From Deltaproteobacteria bacterium (lineage in GTDB: Bacteria > Myxococcota_A > Polyangia > Polyangiales > Houyiibacteriaceae), in the NCBI GenBank assembly GCA_034670305.1, contig JAXMNT010000004.1:64001-128000 (forward strand): a stretch of DNA of 64,000 nucleotides, written 5' to 3'. How positions within the stretch are numbered: position 1 is the stretch's first letter; the number at the start of each line of letters is the position of its first letter. Positions 44,013 through 55,822 of this stretch are shown here, one piece after another. The position numbers and the translations under genes are program-made. The notes under the pieces are model-generated. The model made no database searches, had not been told where the DNA came from, and saw only the letters and a program-made list of their open reading frames with translations.

Positions 44013-45230
44013 GTGGAGAGAACCTGGGGTCACAACGCGTGGGGCGCGCATCTCTCTTGGATGCTGTGCTGTCTCTGCGTCAGCGCCTGCGCCAGTGACG
44101 CTCCGCGACTCGTCGTGGACCTGCGGACCGACTACGTCGCCGGGGTCGAGTTCGACACGGTGCGGGTGCAGCTTGGGGATGCGTTGGCTTCCCGCACGTT
44201 CGGTCTCGGCGACCGGGACCGCAGCGCGCACCGCATCACGGAGTTCCAGGTCGGGTCCGGGGACCACGCGCTCGAGGTGGCGCTCTTCGCGCCGAACGGC
44301 GAGCGGCTGCTGAACCGGCACGTGACGGCGTCCGTGCGCAGCAGCGACGTGTCGATCACCGTCGTGGTCAGCCGCGCGTGCGAAGACGTCGCGTGCGGCG
44401 CCGCCGAGAGCTGCCTGGGCGGCCGCTGTGTCCCGAGGACGTGTTTGCGGGGCGACGAACCGGAGTGCCCGATGCCGCAGTGCGAGGGCGACAGCGACTG
44501 CGACGGCGCCGGGCTCTCGATGTGTGCACGCCCGTTGTGTGAAGCGGGCGTGTGCCTCGTAGGCGGCGCCACCCCGTGCGCCACGGACGAGTACTGCGAC
44601 GTCGCCGCGGGCTGCGTCCCGCTCCCCGACTCCGGTGACGCCGGCGCGGCCGACGCAGGCGCGGATGCAGGTGTGGCGGACGCGGGTGTGGCGGACGCTG
44701 CATCGGATGCCCAGCCGGACGCGCCGGTCGAAGACGCAGGTCCCCTCGGCTGCACACCCGGCGTCGACTGTTCCATCGACTGCACCGACGTGGACGCGTG
44801 GCCGGCGGCGTGGGTCGACCAAGAGAACATCGCGCTCAACGACATGAACGTGCACCGCACCGACGGGGCCGCGTGCGGTGGAGCCCCAGCCGACCCGGTC
44901 CCAGTGCTCACCCTGCCCGACACCCTTCGAGTGGCAGCCCGCTGCCACAGCCAGGACATGGCCGAGAACGAGTTCTTCGGTCACGCCGGCTCCGACGGCA
45001 GCACCTTCCCCGAACGCATGGAAGCGGCCGGCTACCTAGGCGCGGCGGTGGCCGAGAACGTCGGCGCGGCGCGGACGGGGGGCAGCGCGATGATCGCTGG
45101 GTGGATGGAGAGCGAACCGCACTGCCTCAACATCATGCGTGAGATGCCGCGCCAGGTCGGGATCGGTTTCTACCCCCGGGACGGTTCGGTATTCGGTTCG
45201 TACTGGACCGCGGTGTTCGGGGCCCGATGA
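44013..45230 (+). CDS. Cys-rich lipoprotein with C-terminal CAP (SCP) domain
   Basis: Lipobox VSAC, Cys-rich modules, DAG linker, HSQDMAENEFFGH, AENVG, WMESEPHCLNIM, YWTAVFG. Start is uncertain. Confidence 0.85.
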   Translation: MERTWGHNAWGAHLSWMLCCLCVSACASDAPRLVVDLRTDYVAGVEFDTVRVQLGDALASRTFGLGDRDRSAHRITEFQVGSGDHALEVALFAPNGERLLNRHVTASVRSSDVSITVVVSRACEDVACGAAESCLGGRCVPRTCLRGDEPECPMPQCEGDSDCDGAGLSMCARPLCEAGVCLVGGATPCATDEYCDVAAGCVPLPDSGDAGAADAGADAGVADAGVADAASDAQPDAPVEDAGPLGCTPGVDCSIDCTDVDAWPAAWVDQENIALNDMNVHRTDGAACGGAPADPVPVLTLPDTLRVAARCHSQDMAENEFFGHAGSDGSTFPERMEAAGYLGAAVAENVGAARTGGSAMIAGWMESEPHCLNIMREMPRQVGIGFYPRDGSVFGSYWTAVFGAR

Positions 45231-46354
45231 GAACTGCGACCGCTGTCTTCTGGGTGTGCCTGCTCGGCTGCAGCAGCGGCTCCGCGGAGTTGGTGATCGA
45301 CCTCCGAACGGACTTCGTGGCGGGCGTCGAATTCGACCGCGCGCGGGTCCAAGTCGGCGCCGAGCGGTTGGAGGTCGCCTTCGACCCGTCGGTGAGGTCG
45401 CGGCTCGCCCACCGGGTGGCGGAACTGGATGTCTCGCCGGGCGACTACGCGGTGGAGGTGGCGCTCGTCGCCCCGGGCGGCGAGACGCTCGTGGTGCGCG
45501 ACGTGAGCGTGAGCGTTCGATCGGATCTCGCCGTCACGTTGGTCATCACCCGCGCGTGCGAGAACGTGACCTGCGGGCTCGGCGAGAGCTGCCTCGGCGG
45601 CGAGTGTGTGCCGGGCGCGTGCATTCGGGGCGACGAACCGAGCTGTCCCGAACCGCAGTGCACCGTGGACACCGACTGCATGGGCGCAGCGGCGGACTGC
45701 GCCGAGCCACGCTGCGAGTTCGGCGTGTGTGTGCTCGCGCCCACCGGCACCTGCGAGACGGCCGCGTACTGCGACCCGAACTTCGGCTGCACCATCCTTC
45801 CAGGAACGGACGCTGGTCCGATGGACGCCGGTGCCGATGCAGGGAGCGACGCAGGCGTGGACGCCGGCATCGTGTGCAGACCGACGATCGATTGTGCGAT
45901 CGACTGCAGCGACTTCGACGCGTGGCCAGCCGACTGGGCCGCAGAAGAGATGCGCGCGCTCGACGAGATGAACCGCTTCCGAACCGAAGGCGCGCTGTGC
46001 GAAGGGGTCGACCTACCCCCGAGGGCTCCGGTCGTCATGGACCGGGCCATCCGGATCTCCGCCCGGTGCCACGCCCAGGACATGGCGGAGAATGGCTTCT
46101 TCAACGACATCGGCACGGACGGTCGGAGTTCGATCACGCGGTTCCGGGACACGGGCTTCGACGGCTTGCGCGATCGCGAACTCAGCAGCCAGAGCCGGCG
46201 CGAAGGCGCCGAGTGGATACAGCACATGATGGGGCTGGTCCACTGCGGCGCCGTGATGTCCGAGGACGCGACCCACATCGGCATCGGGCGCTACAACGTC
46301 GAAGGCGACGACGTGATTCTCTGGAACGCGCCGATGGGCAAACCCCGCCCGTAG
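45227..46354 (+). CDS. paralogous Cys-rich lipoprotein with divergent CAP domain
   Basis: Lipobox LLGC, LVIDLRTDFVAGVEFD shared with the upstream gene, HAQDMAENGFF. ATGA overlap. Confidence 0.8.
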   Translation: MRTATAVFWVCLLGCSSGSAELVIDLRTDFVAGVEFDRARVQVGAERLEVAFDPSVRSRLAHRVAELDVSPGDYAVEVALVAPGGETLVVRDVSVSVRSDLAVTLVITRACENVTCGLGESCLGGECVPGACIRGDEPSCPEPQCTVDTDCMGAAADCAEPRCEFGVCVLAPTGTCETAAYCDPNFGCTILPGTDAGPMDAGADAGSDAGVDAGIVCRPTIDCAIDCSDFDAWPADWAAEEMRALDEMNRFRTEGALCEGVDLPPRAPVVMDRAIRISARCHAQDMAENGFFNDIGTDGRSSITRFRDTGFDGLRDRELSSQSRREGAEWIQHMMGLVHCGAVMSEDATHIGIGRYNVEGDDVILWNAPMGKPRP

Positions 46355-46373
46355 TTCGAGTGACTCCGAAACG

Positions 46374-47261
46374 TCAGAGGACGTTCTGGACTTGTTCGCG
46401 CAGCCGCTCCACATCCGCTTTCATCTCTACGACGATGCGGGTCACTTCGACTTCTGGCGTCTTGGAGCCGAGGGTGTTCACTTCGCGCGCCATCTCCTGC
46501 AGCAAGAAGTCGAGTTTGCGTCCGTGGGTGGGCCCCGTGCCCTGCATCAACTCGTCGAATTGATTGCAGTGGCTGGTCAGCCGGGTGAGCTCTTCGGCCA
46601 CGTCGGTGCGTTCTGCAAAGAGCGCGACCTCGTGTTCGAGGCGCGCCTCGTCCAGGGGCACCGAACGGTCCTCCAGCAGCGTCTGGATCCGTTCGCGCAG
46701 CCGCTGCCGATGGTGGTCGACGATCGTCGGCTGAATCACGCGCACCTGGGCGAGCTTCGCCCGCACCTGCTCGAGGCGTCCGCCGAGATCCTCCGCGAGC
46801 GCGCGCCCTTCCCTCAGACGCATCGCGTCCAGGGCGTCGCACGCTTGACGGGTCGCTTGCAGCACCGCTTCCCGGATCTCTTCCCCACCCCGGGCGGTGC
46901 CCGCCTGAAAGAGCCCCGGTACGCTGGACAGCAGTCCGAACGGCACGTCTTCGCCCGGGGAGATCTCGTCGCGCAGCGCGCGCAGCTGTTCGAGGGCCGC
47001 CTTGGCGAGCGCGGTGTCGAGCCGCGGCGGCAACTCCACGCGCCCGTCGGTCGTCCCGGACAGCTCGATGCGACCCCGCTGCACGCGCTTGCGCACGAGC
47101 GCCTCGACCTCGGGCGCGTGCTCGGCGATCGAGCTCGGCAGGTGCACGCGAACATCGAGGAACCGGTGGTTCACCGCCCGCGCGCCAACCGAGATCTTCA
47201 CGGACTGGCCGGCGATGTCCACGACCGCATCCCCACCGCCGTACCCGGTCATCGATCGCAC
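46374..47261 (-). CDS. yicC: YicC/YloC family endoribonuclease
   Basis: RSMTGYG, AVNHRFLD, DVAEELTRL, GRKLDFLLQEMAREVNTLGSK and REQVQNV motifs. Confidence 0.93.
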   Translation of the reverse strand: MRSMTGYGGGDAVVDIAGQSVKISVGARAVNHRFLDVRVHLPSSIAEHAPEVEALVRKRVQRGRIELSGTTDGRVELPPRLDTALAKAALEQLRALRDEISPGEDVPFGLLSSVPGLFQAGTARGGEEIREAVLQATRQACDALDAMRLREGRALAEDLGGRLEQVRAKLAQVRVIQPTIVDHHRQRLRERIQTLLEDRSVPLDEARLEHEVALFAERTDVAEELTRLTSHCNQFDELMQGTGPTHGRKLDFLLQEMAREVNTLGSKTPEVEVTRIVVEMKADVERLREQVQNVL

Positions 47262-47324
47262 CCTCAGACGAGTAACACGACCCAGCCCCCGAGGGTCGTG
47301 AGCAGCGCCACACATGGCGCTGCT

Positions 47325-47463
47325 CCCCTTGCCCTTGCCCTTGCCTTTGCCCTTGCCCGTGCCGAAGCCGAAGCCGAATCCGAAGCCGAATCCGAATCCG
47401 AAGCCGAATCCGAAGCCGACCCCGACCCCGATCCCGACCCCGACCCCCGACCCGACCCCGACC
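47325..47463. repeat. hexamer tract C, intergenic, GCCGA on + strand
   Basis: Unit drifts GCCCTT > GCCCGT > GCCGAA > TCCGAA > CCCGAC. Confidence 0.92.
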
Positions 47464-47527
47464 TCGCTACCACGAAGGCCGATCCCGTGGCCCGTGCCCG
47501 GAATCAGAATCCGATTCCGGGCGAACC

Positions 47528-49545
<2,018 letters not shown>

Positions 49546-49549
<4 letters not shown>

Positions 49550-50151
49550 CCCAGGAGAGATTCGGCGCGCGGCGCGAGCCGGGTGCGGCGACACATCTCC
49601 GCCCGCACGATGCCAGTGAGCTCGTTGAGCGCTTGCTGCAGGTCGTCGTTCACGACCAGGTAGTCGAAGAACGGGTAGTGCTCGATCTCGACCTTCGCCT
49701 TCGCGAAGCGAAGGTCGAGGATCTCTTGCGACTCGGTGCCGCGCGACTCGAGCCGGCGGCGCAGCTCCTCCATGCTCGGCGGCAGGATGAACACGCCGAT
49801 CGCTTCGGGGAACTTCGCGCGGATCTGACGTGCCCCCTGGTAGTCCACGTCGAAGAGCAGCGCCATCTTGCCCGCGTCTTTGGCGCGCGTGATCTCGCTG
49901 ACCGCGGTTCCGTACAAGTTGGAGTGCACCGCGGCCCACTCGGCGAAATCGCCCCGCTCGACGCGCTCGCGAAACTCGGCCTCGTCGACGAAGTGGTAGT
50001 CCTGGCCATCCACTTCGTTGGGGCGCGGTTTGCGCGTGGTGTGGGAGACGGAGAACCCGATGGCCTTGTCGAAGTCGCGCAAGAGCCGGTGGGTCAGCGT
50101 CGTCTTGCCCGCGCCGGAGGGCGAGCTGAGGATCAGGAGGAGAGGATCCAC
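49546..50151 (-). CDS. gmk: guanylate kinase
   Basis: SSPSGAGKTT, SHTTRKPRPNEVDGQDYHFV, YGT, DVDYQGA motifs. Confidence 0.97.
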
Positions 50152-50236
50152 GGTGCAACCGGTCTACCACGCGGCGCCGCTGGGGGCATCGGCATTCCGG
50201 AGGGAGGCGGACTGGGCGCAGGTCGTACCAAGCCGT

Positions 50237-50785
50237 GTGCACAGCCAAGTGATTCTGCTTCTCCTCGCGTCCGCGTTCCTCTCGGTGCCGGCCCTCGCCC
50301 TCGCCCAAACCGGCGAAGTGCCCGAGCCTCCCCAGCAGCGGTCCGCACTCGACCAAGAACTGTCCGAAGTCGAACGCGCGCTGGCGCACGACGGCGTCAC
50401 CCGATCTCCGATGGGCGAAGAGGTCCCGTGCTGTGCGCTGGCCCAGCCCGAGCTCGATCTGGAGACCCAGCGCGAACTGCAGCTCGAGCAGGAGTGGCTG
50501 GAGGAGTACGTCGGGCTTCGCCCGGGCGCGCGCATCGTCGGCGGCTTTGCACTCGGCGCGATTGGCCTGCTCAGCATCGTCGGCTCGACGATCTTGCTGC
50601 GCGACGACTACGTGGGGACGGAGCCCTACGCCGCGCTCGCGATCGTCAGCGGGGTCATCGCACTCGCCGGACTGCGGCTGGTGATCTCCGGTCGCAAACA
50701 AGCGGAGCGACGCCGCGAGTTGCGCGGGCTGCTGCGGCCGCGCGGCTGGTTGGCGTACGCGCCGGGGCGCGGCCTGGTGTTCTAG
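50237..50785 (+). CDS. hypothetical membrane protein
   Basis: Signal-like N-terminus plus two TM segments. Start is uncertain. Confidence 0.55.
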   Translation: MHSQVILLLLASAFLSVPALALAQTGEVPEPPQQRSALDQELSEVERALAHDGVTRSPMGEEVPCCALAQPELDLETQRELQLEQEWLEEYVGLRPGARIVGGFALGAIGLLSIVGSTILLRDDYVGTEPYAALAIVSGVIALAGLRLVISGRKQAERRRELRGLLRPRGWLAYAPGRGLVF

Positions 50786-50798
50786 TCCGAAAGCTGTC

Positions 50799-50980
50799 GC
50801 CGAATCCGAAGCCCGAAGCCGATGCCGATGCCGATGCCGATGCCGACGCCGAAGCCGAAGCCGATGCCGATGCCGATGCCGATGCCGATGCCGATGCCGA
50901 TGCCGATGCCGATGCCGACGCCGAAGCCGACGCCCGCCGATGCCGACGCCGACGCAGGAACCGACGCCGGAACCGACCCC
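50799..50980. repeat. hexamer tract E, (GCCGAN)n, between convergent genes
   Basis: GCCGAT/GCCGAA/GCCGAC units. Confidence 0.95.
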
Positions 50981-50990
50981 GCTCAAGCGC

Positions 50991-53177
50991 TCAGCTGCCG
51001 GTCAACGTAGGCCAGTCAGCTGACAGGTAGAAGGAGAGCATTGCGGTCAGGCGCACCGCGAGGTCGGCGTCGACGAGCACTCCGTCTTTGCGGCGCGTGG
51101 CCCATGCTTCAAGGCCCATCTCCTCCGCGCCGGCCACGTCCTTCTCCCCGCGCAGCGCAAGCATTGCGCGCACCGCGCCGAGGTCTCCGGCGAGCGCGAG
51201 GCCGACCCGGTCCGCGGTCAGCTGCATGAGGCGGTGGGTGGCGAGGAGCGGCTCGACCATGGACTCCTTCTCTTCCGGTGCTGCTTCGTCGGCGGGCGTC
51301 TTCTTCCCGAACCAGCCGCTGGCTTTGTCCATCCACTTGCCGACGGTGCCGTCGCGCACCGCGCCGAGCACCGTGCCAAACGAGTCCGGGACCCGGATGG
51401 ACTTCATGAGCGGCAACGCGGTGAAGAGCATCTCGAAACCGCTCAACCCCTTGTCGACCGCGCCGCGCCACATCTCGCTCGAGGTCACCCGCGCGTGTCC
51501 AAAGCGCAGGTGGGCGAGCTCGCTGCCGAGCGCGTACCGCAGCTCGCTCGCGCTCAACTTCAGCGGCCCTTCGTCGAGGTGCCTGCCGCCGAGCACGACG
51601 AACGCGCCGGCTCCGTCGTCGTACGCGCGGCAGCCCGTCGCCAGCTCGCCGCGAGACACGTAGCACTGCGCGTCGACGCCGAGCGCGGTCCGCGCGACTT
51701 CGAAACTCGCAAGCGCGGTCGGCTCGTCGAGCTTCGCACAGAAGGTGCGCAGCGCGGAGTGATCCGGCGTCTGCACCGTCGCCACGAGCGATTGCACAGT
51801 CGCCGCGAATGCGTCCGTGCGGCCGATGGGATGGCGCAGCGCTTCGAGTTCTTTCGGACTCCAGACGCCCCGATCGAATCTGCCATCCTCCGCCCCCCGT
51901 GGGAGTCCGTGCTCCAGCACCGCGAGCAAGCGGCCCGCGCGGTCGGCCAGTACGTCTTGCGTCTGGATGGCCTCGATGCGGGCGGGCACCATCGGCTCGA
52001 GCCGCGCAAGCGCGTGCGGCGCGGTGGGGTCGAGCGGCGCGAGCGCTTCGAGCAACGCGATCCGCGCCCGCACATGGGTCGCCGCGAGATTGCCGTCTTC
52101 GCTCGTGTGCGGCACGAGATCGGCGAGATCCGGATCCGGCAGCGCCGCGAGGCTGGACTCGAGCAAATTCTTCGCCGCCACGTCGTCGCCTGCGCCGCGC
52201 AGGTCGTCGGCACGTTTCAGATCCGCCGCGACCGGATCGTCGCTCCGCGCGCGCGACCACTCCGCATCGCTGAGCGCCAGCGCGTGCGGGCTCGCCGCAT
52301 CGAACGCGCGCAGTGCTTCGAAGATGGCCAGCCGCTGCGCCGCATCGAACTTCCAAGCGTCGGCCCAGGCAACGATCGCCTCCGGGGTGAGGCTCGCGAC
52401 GAACGCGTCGTCGATCGAGAGCGGCTCAGGCGCATCCGGCGAGAGCAGCGCGCGTTCGACCCGCGCGCGGGGTCCGTCGAGGCTGGCGAGCAGCCGTTCG
52501 CCTTCGTCCCGGTGCGCCGCGCGGCACGCATCGACCACGAAGCGGAGCCGGCTGTTCGAGGGCGCGGAGAGGTGCGGCGCGAGCGCGCCGTACCGGTCTT
52601 CGTTGCCGAGGGTCGCGTGCCAGGTGCACGGCTCGGCGCCCTCGGACTTGGCAACCGCGGTGACGATGTCGCGGCCGGTGCGCACTTGAACCGACATCGA
52701 CGCGAGTTCGTGCAGCACGAGGTCGCCGAGCGGGCCCAGCGCGAACCACGCGGCGCGCCGGTCGGTCCACACGAAGCGGCTCTGCACCGAGTGCTTCGGC
52801 CCGTATTCGGAGACGACTTCGAGGTCCGTCGCGGTCTCCAGAAACGCGAGCAAGAACTCGTCGGGTGCGAGCCACGTCTGGAGGAACGCACCTTCCAGCT
52901 CGGTCCACGGTTCGAGGTACGGCCCGCTCGCTGGGAGCGCCCGGTCGCCGCGCCAGCGACTCGCCGCGATGAGCGCCATCGCGTCGCCGCCCGAACCGCG
53001 CGGCACGTCGAACTTCGTACCTGCCACCTCCACCGCGTCCCGCAGCCGCCCCTCCTGGTAGAGAAGCGGCGCCGCCGGCACCCGCGCCCCGTCGCGCTCC
53101 AGGTAGAGGGATCGCCCTCCGAGCACCAACGCCGCCCCACCCGAAAGCTCCACCGAGTCACCATCGCCGCCGAGCAT
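50991..53177 (-). CDS. large helical protein with a degenerate M48 peptidase-like C-terminal domain
   Basis: ELRYALGSELAHLRFGH and QLTADRVGL resemble the M48 motifs LGHExxH and ExxADRxGL. Start is uncertain. Confidence 0.65.
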   Translation of the reverse strand: MLGGDGDSVELSGGAALVLGGRSLYLERDGARVPAAPLLYQEGRLRDAVEVAGTKFDVPRGSGGDAMALIAASRWRGDRALPASGPYLEPWTELEGAFLQTWLAPDEFLLAFLETATDLEVVSEYGPKHSVQSRFVWTDRRAAWFALGPLGDLVLHELASMSVQVRTGRDIVTAVAKSEGAEPCTWHATLGNEDRYGALAPHLSAPSNSRLRFVVDACRAAHRDEGERLLASLDGPRARVERALLSPDAPEPLSIDDAFVASLTPEAIVAWADAWKFDAAQRLAIFEALRAFDAASPHALALSDAEWSRARSDDPVAADLKRADDLRGAGDDVAAKNLLESSLAALPDPDLADLVPHTSEDGNLAATHVRARIALLEALAPLDPTAPHALARLEPMVPARIEAIQTQDVLADRAGRLLAVLEHGLPRGAEDGRFDRGVWSPKELEALRHPIGRTDAFAATVQSLVATVQTPDHSALRTFCAKLDEPTALASFEVARTALGVDAQCYVSRGELATGCRAYDDGAGAFVVLGGRHLDEGPLKLSASELRYALGSELAHLRFGHARVTSSEMWRGAVDKGLSGFEMLFTALPLMKSIRVPDSFGTVLGAVRDGTVGKWMDKASGWFGKKTPADEAAPEEKESMVEPLLATHRLMQLTADRVGLALAGDLGAVRAMLALRGEKDVAGAEEMGLEAWATRRKDGVLVDADLAVRLTAMLSFYLSADWPTLTGS

Positions 53178-53243
53178 ACAAGAGCGAGGGTCCCGGCCGA
53201 CCGAGAGTCCGATCCCGATCGCGAAGCCGTCGGATTTCGGCTC

Positions 53244-53508
53244 CCCTGCGGTTCTGCGACGGAACTTCCCCACAACTCCCCCGAACTCTCCCCAAAAGGA
53301 GGGGCGCCTACAAGTGACGCAGCGCCCACAGGCATGATCACGCAGACGCTGGTCGGGTCACCCGCGGTCGCTCGGAGGACCCAGAACCGCTGTTCTGTTT
53401 CTTGAGGCGGCGCACTCCTGCTTGGTGGTCGGTTCTCGCCGGCTTCTTGGTTTGGTTTCGGGAGAGTTTGGGGGAGTTGTGGGGGAGTGTGGGGGAGGAA
53501 CCGCAGGG
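53244..53508. repeat. long imperfect inverted-repeat element
   Basis: 53268-53292 pairs with 53460-53484 (24 of 25 bp). 53244-53254 pairs with 53498-53508 (11 of 11 bp). Confidence 0.85.
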
Positions 53509-53540
53509 ACGCAGCACAGCACCGGCTGGGCATGCGCCCA

Positions 53541-53790
53541 GCCAGCATCAGAATCAGCGGCAGCATCAGCATCAGCGGCAGCATCAGCGGCAGCATCAGC
53601 GGCAGCATCAGCCGCAGCATCAGCCGCAGCATCAGCGCCAGCATCAGCCGCAGCATCAGCCGCAGCATCAGCCGCAGCATCAGCCGCAGCATCAGCCGCA
53701 GCATCAGCCGCAGCATCAGCGGCAGAATCAGCCGCAGCATCAGCCGCAGCATCAGCGGCAGCATCAGCCGCAGCATCAGCGGCAGCATCG
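53541..53790. repeat. tract F1, 12-mer (GCAGCATCAGCC/G)n, intergenic
   Basis: About 20 units, equivalent to alternating CAGCAT and CAGCCG/CAGCGG hexamers. Confidence 0.95.
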
Positions 53791-53800
53791 GCTCGGCATG

Positions 53801-53967
53801 TCGGCTTCGGCATCGGCTTCGGCTTCGGCTTCGGCTTCGGCATCGGCATCGGCGTCGGCATCGGCTTCGGTTTCGGCTTCGGCTTCGGCTTCGGCATCGG
53901 CATCGGCGTCGGCATCGGCTTCGGCTTCGGCATCGGCATCGGCTTCGGCTTCGGCTTCGGTTCGGAT
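53801..53967. repeat. hexamer tract F2, (TCGGCN)n, upstream of radA
   Basis: TCGGCT/TCGGCA/TCGGCG units directly following F1. Confidence 0.95.
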
Positions 53968-54014
53968 CGCCTCCGCCCCACAACCCGTCACACGCCCGTG
54001 CGATAAGACTCTCC

Positions 54015-55415
54015 GTGGCCGCCGCAAAGAAGAAGAAGTCGAAGAAGGGGAACTACGAGTGCACCGCCTGCGGGGCGCGGCACGCCCGCTGGATGGGCAA
54101 GTGCACCACCTGCGACGAGTGGAACACCCTCGAAGAAGCCAAGGCCGAGGTCAGTGTCGCGTCGAAGGAGCGGACCGGTGGGAGCGCGCGTCCGGTGAAG
54201 ATCAAGAACGTCAGCGCGGAGGATGCCAACCGGCTGCCCACCGGCATCGGCGAGCTCGATCGAGCGCTCGGCGGCGGCCCGGTCCGCGGCTCCGTGATCC
54301 TGCTCGGCGGCGATCCGGGCATCGGCAAGTCGACCCTCATGATGCAGGCGCTCGCCGCGCTGGCGGGGTCTGCCGCGAACGGAGGCGCGGGCCGAAGCGC
54401 GCTCTACGTCACCGGGGAAGAGTCCGCCGCGCAGGTCGCGCTGCGGGCGCGCCGCGTGGGCGGCAAGGGCATGGACGAAGTGCACCTGCTCGCCACGACC
54501 GACCTCGAAGACGCGGAGTCCGCGCTCGCGTCGATGAAACCCGAAGTCGCGGTCATCGACTCCATCCAGACCCTGCGCTCGAGCGAACTGGGCTCCTCGG
54601 CCGGCAGCGTCACCCAGCTGCGCGAAGTCTCCGGCCGCCTCATCGATCTCGCCAAGCGCCACGGCACCGCGATGTTCCTCATCGGCCACGTGACCAAAGA
54701 AGGCACCCTCGCCGGCCCGAAGATGCTCGAGCACCTCGTCGACACGGTGCTCGCCTTCGAAGGGGACCGCAGCCACGCGTTCCGCGTCGTGCGCGCCACC
54801 AAGAACCGGTTCGGCCCCGCGCACGAGCTCGGGGTGTTCGAGATGGTCCGGGAAGGCCTGCGCGAAGTCCCCGATCCAAGCGCGCTGTTTCTCGCCGAAC
54901 GCCCGAAGGACGCGGCCGGCTCGGTGGTCGTACCCACCGCCGAAGGATCCCGCCCGCTCCTCATCGAACTGCAAGCCCTCGTCGCCCCGCCCCAGTACGG
55001 CGCCCCGCGGCGCGTGGTCTCGGGGCTCGACGGCAACCGCCTCGCCATCCTGCTCGCGGTGCTCGACCGAAAGGCCGACGTCGGCGTGCTCGACCGCGAC
55101 GTCTTCGCTTCGGTCGCCGGCGGCGCCCGCGTCGACGAACGCGCGCTCGACCTCGCCCTCGTGCTCGCCGTCGTCAGCAGCTACCGCAACAAGCCGGTGC
55201 CCGTCGACGTCGCGGCGTTCGGCGAAGTCGGCCTCGCCGGCGAAGTCCGCGCTGTGCCGCGCCCCGGGCCACGGGTACAGGAAGCGGCGAAGCTGGGTTT
55301 CTCGCGAGTGATTCTGCCAGCCGCCAACGCCGACCGCCTCACGAAGTCCGAACGCAAAGGGGTGCGGCTGATCGCGGTCAACACGGTCGAAGAAGCGCTG
55401 GCGGTGCTGAGCTGA
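54015..55415 (+). CDS. radA: DNA repair protein RadA/Sms
   Basis: C4 zinc finger, [21 protein letters not shown] and [13 protein letters not shown] start inferred. Confidence 0.97.
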   Translation: MAAAKKKKSKKGNYECTACGARHARWMGKCTTCDEWNTLEEAKAEVSVASKERTGGSARPVKIKNVSAEDANRLPTGIGELDRALGGGPVRGSVILLGGDPGIGKSTLMMQALAALAGSAANGGAGRSALYVTGEESAAQVALRARRVGGKGMDEVHLLATTDLEDAESALASMKPEVAVIDSIQTLRSSELGSSAGSVTQLREVSGRLIDLAKRHGTAMFLIGHVTKEGTLAGPKMLEHLVDTVLAFEGDRSHAFRVVRATKNRFGPAHELGVFEMVREGLREVPDPSALFLAERPKDAAGSVVVPTAEGSRPLLIELQALVAPPQYGAPRRVVSGLDGNRLAILLAVLDRKADVGVLDRDVFASVAGGARVDERALDLALVLAVVSSYRNKPVPVDVAAFGEVGLAGEVRAVPRPGPRVQEAAKLGFSRVILPAANADRLTKSERKGVRLIAVNTVEEALAVLS

Positions 55416-55442
55416 GGCCGTCGGCCGCAATCGCTACAAGCG

Positions 55443-55690
55443 ACAGAGCCAGCAACAGCGTCAGCGTCAGCGGCAGCGACAGCGGCAGCAACAGCGGCAG
55501 CGGCAGCGGCAGCGGCAGCGGCAGCGTCAGCGGCAGGAACAGCGTCAGCGTGTCAGCGACAGCGTCAGCGTCAGCGACAGCGTCAGCAACATCAACAACA
55601 GCGTCCGCAACAGCGTCGGCAGCAACCGCGTTCAGCAGCAGCAACAGCGTCAGCGGCAGCAGCAGCCTCAGAGACAGCAACAGCGTCAAC
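55443..55690. repeat. hexamer tract G, (CAGCNN)n, downstream of radA
   Basis: CAGCGT/CAGCGG/CAGCGA/CAGCAA units. Confidence 0.9.
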
Positions 55691-55822
55691 CCCGTTGGGG
55701 TGAGGCGGCTGTCGTTGGGACATGTCCTAGCGTCGAAGGTGGTTGTGCGCGTTTTGCGAGGTGCGGACGGTTGGGTGCACCGGCGCAAAGCGCCGGTATT
55801 CGTCGACGCGAAGCGACGACGA

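Noticed and set aside
42974-46373. Integrative element at tRNA-Val
   Set aside because: No integrase and no duplicated tRNA 3' end found
53244-53508. Retron msr-msd
   Set aside because: Paired ends are suggestive, but no reverse transcriptase is encoded nearby
53541-53967. Repeat blocks as a CRISPR array
   Set aside because: Short tandem units with no unique spacers and no cas genes
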